A stretch of DNA of 64,000 bases from an uncultured virus (IMG/VR IMGVR_UViG_3300032088_001800) (Duplodnaviria; Heunggongvirae; Uroviricota; Caudoviricetes), in the IMG/VR virus record IMGVR_UViG_3300032088_001800, positions 1-64,000 of that record. One strand, written 5' to 3'. This document shows, piece after piece, positions 52,320 to 59,263 of this stretch. The notes below the pieces were generated by a model. It was not told the origin of the DNA, ran no database searches, and saw only the letters and a list, made by a program, of their open reading frames with translations. Within the stretch, counting starts at the first letter, position 1; every line of letters begins with the position of its first letter. The translations under genes were made by a program, and so were the position numbers.

Positions 52320-54088
52320 TACGAATTAAAGATTTAACAGTTAAAAACTTCATGAGCGTGGGCAATCAAACCCAAGCTGTAGATTTCAATCGAGAACAGT
52401 TAACACTGGTACTTGGTGAAAATTTAGACCAAGGAGGTGATGATACTGGCTCAAGAAACGGTACAGGCAAAACTACAATAATTAATGCACTAAGTTATGC
52501 ATTATATGGTACTGCCTTGACTAATATTAAACGAAATAATCTTATAAACAAAACCAATTCTAAAGGTATGTTAGTCACACTTCATTTTGAAAAGAATGGT
52601 GTTGATTATCGAATTGAACGAGGCAGATCGCCCAACATTCTAAAGTTCTACATTAACGAACAAGAACAAGAAATGATTGACGAGTCACAAGGTGATAGTC
52701 GCAAAACACAAGAGTCAATCCACGAATTATTAGGTATGAGTCACGATATGTTTAAGCATATTGTTGCACTAAACACATACTCTGAGCCGTTCTTATCTAT
52801 GAGAGCTAATGACCAACGTGCAATTATTGAACAGCTACTTGGTATTACTATACTAACTGAAAAAGCAGATAGACTTAAAGAAAGTGTTAAACAAACTAAA
52901 GATAGTATCACAACTGAAACTTTAAAGATAGAAGCTATACAAACAGCCAACAGTAAGATTGAAGGAACAATTTCTAGTTTACAAAGAACACAACGAGCTT
53001 GGCTTTCTAAGAAATCACAAGACGTTGAAAAACTAACTTTAGGTATTGACGAATTAGAACATGTAAACATTGATATTGAATTAGATTCACATGAAAAACT
53101 ATCAAATTGGACTGAACATAACAATTCTATTTTGGCTCTTAAAAAAGAACTTAGTACTTTGGAACCAGCACTATTACGTGCTGATAAAAGTGTAATAAAA
53201 CTTGTTAAAGATGTCGCAGATTTAGAAGATGCTACATGTTATACTTGTGGACAAGAGCTACATGCAGACAAAAAAGCAGAAATTGCAGAACGTAAAGAAA
53301 AAGAATTAGATGATGCAAAAGCATACGCACTAGAAATTACTACAAAAGTAAAAGACGTTATGCTTGCTTTAGATGAAATAGGCGACATTAATGGTAAGCC
53401 TACTACGTTCTATGAAACAGCTAAAGAAGCATACGAGCATAGACAAAATGTTGATAGTTTAAGGACTGCACTTGCTTCAAAACAGGATGAAACTGATCCT
53501 TATCAAACGCAGATTGACGAATTAAACAACAGTGCTATACAAGAAATTAATTGGGACGAAATTAACGTATTAACAGATTATAAAGAACATCAAGAATTTT
53601 TGTTAAAGTTACTAACAAACAAAGATAGCTTTATTCGTAAGAAAATTATTGATCAAAATTTAGCATACTTAAATAATCGATTGTCTTATTATTTAGACAA
53701 ACTAGGATTGCCGCATCAGGTTGTGTTCTTAAATGATTTAAATGTTGAAATTACACAACTAGGACAAGATTTAGACTTTGACAATTTAAGTAGAGGTGAA
53801 CGTAACAGACTTATACTCGGCTTATCGTTTGCATTCCGTGATGTTTGGGAAAGTTTATATCAAGGCGTAAACTTGTTGTTTATTGATGAACTTATTGACA
53901 GTGGTATGGATGCTGCCGGTGTTGAAAATTCATTAAGCATCTTAAAGAAAATGGGTAGAGAACGTGAAAAGAACATTTATCTTATTTCGCACAAAGACGA
54001 ACTAATTGGTCGTGTTAATCATGTTCTAAAAGTTATCAAAGAAAATGGATTTACAAATTATGAAAATGATATTGAAGTTGTAGAATAA
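52316..54088 (+). CDS. gp46: Recombination ATPase, Rad50/SbcC-like (gp46)
   Basis: KNFMS, Walker A NGTGKT, coiled coil with CYTC zinc hook, LSRGE signature, LFIDE Walker B, ISH. Confidence 0.95.
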   Translation: MIRIKDLTVKNFMSVGNQTQAVDFNREQLTLVLGENLDQGGDDTGSRNGTGKTTIINALSYALYGTALTNIKRNNLINKTNSKGMLVTLHFEKNGVDYRIERGRSPNILKFYINEQEQEMIDESQGDSRKTQESIHELLGMSHDMFKHIVALNTYSEPFLSMRANDQRAIIEQLLGITILTEKADRLKESVKQTKDSITTETLKIEAIQTANSKIEGTISSLQRTQRAWLSKKSQDVEKLTLGIDELEHVNIDIELDSHEKLSNWTEHNNSILALKKELSTLEPALLRADKSVIKLVKDVADLEDATCYTCGQELHADKKAEIAERKEKELDDAKAYALEITTKVKDVMLALDEIGDINGKPTTFYETAKEAYEHRQNVDSLRTALASKQDETDPYQTQIDELNNSAIQEINWDEINVLTDYKEHQEFLLKLLTNKDSFIRKKIIDQNLAYLNNRLSYYLDKLGLPHQVVFLNDLNVEITQLGQDLDFDNLSRGERNRLILGLSFAFRDVWESLYQGVNLLFIDELIDSGMDAAGVENSLSILKKMGREREKNIYLISHKDELIGRVNHVLKVIKENGFTNYENDIEVVE

Positions 54089-54279
54089 TGGATGATACAC
54101 AAGATAAATTAGCTCAAGCATATTTAGAATACTTTCGAGCAAACGAGTTGTTTGAAACACGGAATAGTGTACGTACACACCGGTATGTAAGAAAATGTTT
54201 AAGAGATATTAGAACACTTGCAAAAGATAGAATGGAAGAAGTACACGTAAAGTATTTGGATAAGAAAAATAATGTTTAA
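54088..54279 (+). CDS. Small hypothetical helical protein
   Basis: 63-aa ORF coupled to gp46 (TAATG). Confidence 0.65.
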   Translation: MDDTQDKLAQAYLEYFRANELFETRNSVRTHRYVRKCLRDIRTLAKDRMEEVHVKYLDKKNNV

Positions 54280-54991
54280 TATTTGGAAAAAGAAAGAAAA
54301 ATTACACATAGATTGCTTTACTAATTTTGGTGGTATTACTAAACTTTTTCCAATAGAATCTAGTTCTGCTTTCATGCCTGAATGGTTTAAAAAGTTGCCT
54401 ACAACAGCACAAACTGATACTGGTGGTAATGTAGGAACTGTAAAATTATGTCCTGGAATAACTGATACATTAAAGGCCGGTATTGTTATTCCTGTTTGGT
54501 GTGATATGTTTGTAGACCATGCAAACGGAGTTGTTAAAACTGAGCCAGAAGAAATGGCAGACGGACATCCAAGTTGGCAATGGGGGAATCATTCATTGTT
54601 TAAAGGTTATCATCATTTAAAGATTTCATCACCTTGGCGATTTAGAGAAAAAACAGGTGCAAAATTTATGATGACTAATTCTTTTTGGAATGATCCTCAA
54701 ACTAATTATTTTGTTCCAAATGGTATTTTAGATTTCAAGTATCAAACTACAACTAATATTAATATTTGGATACCAAAAAATAAATTTGGTGGCAGCGGAA
54801 AATTTTTACTTGAAGCAGGAAATCCGCTAGTACAAATAATACCATTAGAGGATAAAGAAATTGTAATTCATATGCAAGAAGTTGGTGATGATGTATTTTA
54901 CGGAGACGAATTAGATTATATCTTTACACAAAAAGGCATGTATTATAAGAGAAAAAATATTTTGTCCAAACGAGAAGGCAAAAAAACTTAG
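54272..54991 (+). CDS. Hypothetical protein
   Basis: 239-aa ORF; PEWFKKLP, TVKLCPGI, GNPLVQIIP; no function assignable. Confidence 0.7.
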   Translation: MFNIWKKKEKLHIDCFTNFGGITKLFPIESSSAFMPEWFKKLPTTAQTDTGGNVGTVKLCPGITDTLKAGIVIPVWCDMFVDHANGVVKTEPEEMADGHPSWQWGNHSLFKGYHHLKISSPWRFREKTGAKFMMTNSFWNDPQTNYFVPNGILDFKYQTTTNINIWIPKNKFGGSGKFLLEAGNPLVQIIPLEDKEIVIHMQEVGDDVFYGDELDYIFTQKGMYYKRKNILSKREGKKT

Positions 54992-55008
54992 GCACACATA
55001 TATACTGG

Positions 55009-55458
55009 ATGCAGTGGACATTTGAAGGAAAAATAATAGACGAAATACCAGAAGAGTACGAAGGCTTTGTTTATCTTATTACAAATATCACTACAGGACA
55101 AAAATACATAGGCAAGAAACTAGCAAAATTTAAAACTACTAAGCCACCGCTTAAAGGCAGAAAAAATAAGAGACGTGGAACAAAAGAAAGCGATTGGAAA
55201 ACCTATTGGGGATCCAGTGATAGACTAAACGCAGATGTTGCACAACTAGGCGAAGACAAGTTTACAAGAGAAATATTATACCTATGTAAAGGTAGGGGCG
55301 AAATGTCCTACATAGAGGCACGAGAACAGTTTGACAGGCGAGTACTTGAAACAGATGATTACTACAATGGTATCATCAATGTTAGAGTAGGCGGATCAGA
55401 CAAACTCAAACAGGCATTGCTAGAACAAAACATCAAGGCAAAACAATCTAACACATAA
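55009..55458 (+). CDS. Small GIY-YIG endonuclease
   Basis: GFVYLITN...KYIGKK, YWGSS, conserved E (YIEAREQ) and YNG. Confidence 0.85.
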   Translation: MQWTFEGKIIDEIPEEYEGFVYLITNITTGQKYIGKKLAKFKTTKPPLKGRKNKRRGTKESDWKTYWGSSDRLNADVAQLGEDKFTREILYLCKGRGEMSYIEAREQFDRRVLETDDYYNGIINVRVGGSDKLKQALLEQNIKAKQSNT

Positions 55459-55800
55459 GGTTGGCGGGCCAGATTAATTTACCGCTGTGGAAAAAGCTCT
55501 CGTATAGAAGCACACGTAACACGTTGAGTCGCGTCTGGTAATAAGGCGTTGGATTGACGTAGATTGAATGTTAGCAATTGAAAAACACAAACACAGTACA
55601 TAAAAACTCTTTAGCAATAGGAACGAAGCGAGAGGTAGCGTAAGCAATGTCGACGTAGGTTGGGAAAGGTCAGAGCCCATTGTACTTTGTGTATAAACAA
55701 TTACCTACTTCCAATGTCTCGGCTGGTGCAAACTCACATGAAGCGCATTTTGAGATTAGATGGGACCGTAACAGGTTCCGTCTGACTGAAACAATCTACA
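55459..55800 (+). ncRNA. Candidate large structured non-coding RNA (family not recognised)
   Basis: About 43% GC by hand count against about 26% just downstream; at least 8 helices, G-U pairs and GNRA loops favouring the + strand; long-range helix GTAGATTG/CAATCTAC; crossing helix suggests a pseudoknot. Confidence 0.6.
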
Positions 55801-55811
55801 TGAAACTTAAA

Positions 55812-55921
55812 CATTATTACATTCGTAATAATGCATTTGTATCATATTCATTACTTCTATCAACAAACGAAGTATGTAGTTTGAGCGTTAAGCGAAAACA
55901 AATATCTACGAAGTAGATATT
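55812..55921. repeat. AT-rich cluster of inverted repeats (possible terminator, origin or processing hairpins)
   Basis: CATTATTAC-attc-GTAATAATG (55812-33), TACTTC/GAAGTA (55852-75), AATATCTAC-gaa-GTAGATATT (55901-21). Confidence 0.7.
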
Positions 55922-55933
55922 GAAACTATATAG

Positions 55934-55941
55934 TATAAATA
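55934..55941 (+). promoter_or_regulatory. T4-type late promoter TATAAATA
   Basis: Exact T4 late consensus 25 nt before ATG 55967. Confidence 0.8.
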
Positions 55942-55966
55942 CATTAACTACTAAGGATTCTTCTAG

Positions 55967-56524
55967 ATGAAAATTAATGAAATTGAAAAACTTGATGAAG
56001 TACCTGCAGGTATGATAGGTCAAGCTGGTAAAAAGCTTGGAGCAAAAGTATTAAACAAAATACCAGGCGGTGCTGCTAAATCAAAAGCTGCTAATATGGC
56101 AGCACAAGCTGACTTAGGAGATACTGCAAATAATTTGCATAAAGAATTTAATGCTCATCTTGGGTCTAAACAACTAACAATGGCACAAGCAACTGGAGAA
56201 GAATTAGTTGCTTTTCTAAAAACAAAGAATCACAAGACTGCTGCTAGAATACCTTCTGGTGTATTGCAAAAAAAGCAACTTGATGCAATACTAATGGCAG
56301 TTGCTAAAGAAGCAACAGCAGCACAAGCTGCTGCTCCGGCTGCAAATGCACCAGTAGATGCTAACAAAGATGGTATAGATGACAATACAGGAAAGCCAAT
56401 TAAAGCTGCTCCTGGCAAAGCTGCACCTGCGGCAGGTGCAAAACCTAAAATACCAGCAGACATTATGGCACAACTACAAAAACTTAGTCTTGAGCAAAAA
56501 CAACAGTTGGCAGAGCTATTATGA
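55967..56524 (+). CDS. Hypothetical Ala/Lys-rich late protein (possible internal head protein)
   Basis: MKINEIEKLDE N-terminus; late promoter upstream. Confidence 0.6.
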   Translation: MKINEIEKLDEVPAGMIGQAGKKLGAKVLNKIPGGAAKSKAANMAAQADLGDTANNLHKEFNAHLGSKQLTMAQATGEELVAFLKTKNHKTAARIPSGVLQKKQLDAILMAVAKEATAAQAAAPAANAPVDANKDGIDDNTGKPIKAAPGKAAPAAGAKPKIPADIMAQLQKLSLEQKQQLAELL

Positions 56525-58098
56525 AACTAAATGAAGTAACATTATTTGAAAACAAATCACATCGTATACTGCAAGAAGGTTGGCAAGATCTAACTGAAGC
56601 ACAAAAGTTGTATCAGTCTAGATGGGAAAAAGAACTTTGGCCATTATTAGAACAGTATGTACAATTATGTGAAAATAAGTTAACGCCAGATGAAATACAA
56701 AAAGTATTTACAAGTGCAGAACAAGTACAAAATGCATTAGGAAGAAATACTAACGCATTAGGCAAAGCAGGCAACGCAGCAAAAGCTGCTGCAAAGCTAC
56801 CAATCGATTTAGCTAAAAAAATTGATGCTAAAATTAACGAATTAGGCAAAGCTGCTCAAAATGCTGAAGCAGTAGTAAATGCAGATGCAAAATTTGAAAA
56901 ATTAAAAGCCGACATTATGAAATCTAAGCCTGACAGCAAAGTTGTCAAAGGCATAAAGGCTGTAAGCGATTGGGCAAAAGAAAATCCAGGCAAAGCAAGT
57001 ATTGCTGTAGGTATCTTAACAACTGTTGCTGCATTTGCAGGCGGTCCTGCAGGCGGTTTAGCAGCAGGTATGATACTAAGATCAACAAAAGAACTGTTGC
57101 AAGGCGAAAAACTTTCAACAGCAGTTGGCAAATCAGTTAAAACAGCAGCATATGGTGCTATTGCTGGGTGGGCGTTACAAGGAATTGGCGAATGGTTTGA
57201 AGGATTGCGCTATGATGCTGTGCCTTTTGAGCAATCAGAAGGGCTAGTAACACTAGAAGTTGGATTTAAAGACACTATTAGTTGGCCAGGATTTGAATCT
57301 ACTCGAGAAATAGGTAGTATGGTACTTCCAGAAAGTCAATTATCTGAATTTACAACACTACTTGATCAAATGAAAGCAGCAACAGCAGTTGTTAATCCAA
57401 CAACTGATCCTGGAGCATTAAATGCCTTTGATGAACTTTGGAAATTTACAAAAGAATTTGACACACAAGAATTTATTGCCAACATGAATCTAAATAACGA
57501 AATTGCTCAAATAGTTGCTGCTGAAAACGATGCATTCCTACAAAGCATGAAAGTTATTAATGACGGATTAGCATCAATTGCACAAGGTAGTATTACTGCA
57601 AAAGGCGAAAACACTCCAGTTAAAGTAGGTAGTGAAGAATATACTGCAAAAGATACTGCAAAAGCTGAATCTTTAGATATGAACGACAGATTTGCTCAGT
57701 ATTTGAAAGAAAGACAAGTAGACGAAGCACCATTTGGCGATATGATCAAAAAAGGTGCTAAAGCAGCCGGCGGAGCCATTGCAAAAGGTGCTAAAGCAGT
57801 AGGTGCTAAAGCAAAAGAAGTTGGAAAAGAGCTAGGAAGCATTGCTACAGCTAAAAAACTAAATGCAATGTGGGTAAAGGCAGGAAAACCAATGGATGTT
57901 GGAAGTATTGTTAATATATTGCAGCAAGGCGGCGTGCAAGACAAGACTATTTCTACAATTGCTAAACAAGCCAACGTTGCATTGCCAATTCCCAAGGATG
58001 CTAACGCAGTTGATCCTAAGATGCAAGCACTAGCTGACCAAATTAAACAATTAGGTGTGGCTCAAACTGTTAAAGCAATGCTAACACAGCAAGTATAA
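56521..58098 (+). CDS. Hypothetical late protein (possible internal/ejected virion protein)
   Basis: MKLNEVTLFE N-terminus; hydrophobic Gly/Ala segment IAVGILTTVAAFAGGPAGGLAAGMIL. Confidence 0.6.
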   Translation: MKLNEVTLFENKSHRILQEGWQDLTEAQKLYQSRWEKELWPLLEQYVQLCENKLTPDEIQKVFTSAEQVQNALGRNTNALGKAGNAAKAAAKLPIDLAKKIDAKINELGKAAQNAEAVVNADAKFEKLKADIMKSKPDSKVVKGIKAVSDWAKENPGKASIAVGILTTVAAFAGGPAGGLAAGMILRSTKELLQGEKLSTAVGKSVKTAAYGAIAGWALQGIGEWFEGLRYDAVPFEQSEGLVTLEVGFKDTISWPGFESTREIGSMVLPESQLSEFTTLLDQMKAATAVVNPTTDPGALNAFDELWKFTKEFDTQEFIANMNLNNEIAQIVAAENDAFLQSMKVINDGLASIAQGSITAKGENTPVKVGSEEYTAKDTAKAESLDMNDRFAQYLKERQVDEAPFGDMIKKGAKAAGGAIAKGAKAVGAKAKEVGKELGSIATAKKLNAMWVKAGKPMDVGSIVNILQQGGVQDKTISTIAKQANVALPIPKDANAVDPKMQALADQIKQLGVAQTVKAMLTQQV

Positions 58099-58311
58099 TT
58101 AAAAATAAGGTAAACCAGACTTTTTAGTAACTTCTATGTTCTCTTTTACTATAGAAGCAATAATTTCTCTGTCTTCATAACACAAACCAAACACTTCGTC
58201 AGTTGTAACTCCGCCACGCATTGCCCAAGCCATTTTAAATAGTTCTGATTTGAGGGCTTTTTGTTCATTTTCTAACGTTTTGGCTTCTTCTAGGATCTCG
58301 TCAAGCCCCAT
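58099..58311 (-). CDS. Small ORF, probable frameshift extension of the upstream chaperone (gp51-like position)
   Basis: Lies in the -1 frame of 58323..59186 with no stop between the slippery site and its ATG. Confidence 0.65.
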   Translation of the reverse strand: MGLDEILEEAKTLENEQKALKSELFKMAWAMRGGVTTDEVFGLCYEDREIIASIVKENIEVTKKSGLPYF

Positions 58312-58338
58312 TGACAGGATCCTTATGCGAAAAAATTT
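58292..58338 (-). other. Programmed -1 ribosomal frameshift signal (slippery heptamers plus 3' hairpin)
   Basis: A AAU UUU and U UUU UUC overlapping heptamers; hairpin AGGAUCCUGUCAA-uggggc-UUGACGAGAUCCU 5-8 nt downstream. Confidence 0.7.
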
Positions 58339-59186
58339 GATTGATCGAATGTTATAGGTATTTCAAAAGTTTCAGGTGCACCTTCTTCAATTTCTTCTGA
58401 AGTACTTTCAACTTTCATTGGTTCAATATTAAATTTTACTTTTTGTGTTTCCAAATGATCTAAAATATCATTAAAGAACTCTTTATCTGCATTGTCAATA
58501 AATTCTTGTATATGTAAGGGGTTATCTACAACTTGATCTTCAACTTCAATACTCTTAATACTTGTTGCTAACATGTTTACAGTCATTTGTGTGAGTTTTG
58601 CAAATGCTACATTAAACTTTTGAATCTTATCTTCATCTGGTATGTCATCATCATTAACAATTCTAAAGATTCTTTGCTCTTCAAACGTTTTCATAGCATT
58701 ACGTGTGAATTCTTTATAAGTTAACGGTGCTAAATTTACTACCATATCGCCAACTTGAATACGATCTTCAAAATGAGTGTTGGTTATCTTATTCAACATC
58801 TGTCTAAGATCCATATTATAATCACGTTCGCTTGTTGTATTAGGCGTAGTGTACGAAATCTGCATATGTTCACCGTATGTAGCAATACGTATAGCAATTA
58901 ATATAGCATCTAAGTCTACACTAGGCATTCCCCAAGCGTTTTTTATACTTGGAATACAACTTTGTATTACATCAACTGTACTTTGTCCGTTTAATAACGC
59001 ATCTGGTGTTTTCATAGCTAATTCATCTTTGGCTGTCATAGCAAATACTGGCAATTCTCCAGTTTCGGTCATTTCAATTGCACCGTCTGGGTAGTATTTT
59101 CCTCTACTTGGTAAATCTAAATAAACTTTAGGCTGTCGATAGAACTTCTTTAAAGGGTTTGCACCGGGTGCAGTAATTTCTGGCAT
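58323..59186 (-). CDS. Baseplate hub/tail assembly chaperone (T4 gp26-like)
   Basis: LPSRGKYY, MTAKDEL, DLDAILIAIRIATYG, C-terminal NFF; adjacent to the tape-measure-like gene. Confidence 0.7.
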   Translation of the reverse strand: MPEITAPGANPLKKFYRQPKVYLDLPSRGKYYPDGAIEMTETGELPVFAMTAKDELAMKTPDALLNGQSTVDVIQSCIPSIKNAWGMPSVDLDAILIAIRIATYGEHMQISYTTPNTTSERDYNMDLRQMLNKITNTHFEDRIQVGDMVVNLAPLTYKEFTRNAMKTFEEQRIFRIVNDDDIPDEDKIQKFNVAFAKLTQMTVNMLATSIKSIEVEDQVVDNPLHIQEFIDNADKEFFNDILDHLETQKVKFNIEPMKVESTSEEIEEGAPETFEIPITFDQSNFFA

Positions 59187-59197
59187 GAGCGTCTCCG

Positions 59198-59235
59198 TAT
59201 AAATACATTATATAAATATGTATCGTTATTATTTA
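59198..59235. promoter_or_regulatory. Face-to-face late promoters for divergent genes
   Basis: TATAAATA at 59198-205 and 59211-18 (+); TAAATA at 59235-30 (-). Confidence 0.7.
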
Positions 59236-59263
59236 TGTGCGCACTTAACTGGACTTTTGATAA

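Noticed and set aside
55009..55458. GIY-YIG as an intron-encoded homing endonuclease
   Set aside because: Flanking genes appear intact and unrelated to each other, and the protein has no recognisable DNA-binding extension.
55459..55800. Assignment of the structured region to tRNA, tmRNA, RNase P, group I or group II intron
   Set aside because: No cloverleaf or CCA end, no GAGGAAAGUCC, no domain V, no P7 core that I could identify, and no interrupted host gene; a covariance search is still needed.
55474..56023. Short ORFs 55474..55680, 55680..55916 and 55817..56023 in the long gap
   Set aside because: No convincing RBS or protein-like motifs; the region is better explained by base-paired structure.
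58096..58101. Abutting convergent stop codons (TAA/TTA) with no terminator
   Set aside because: Common result of genome compaction; no further signal seen.
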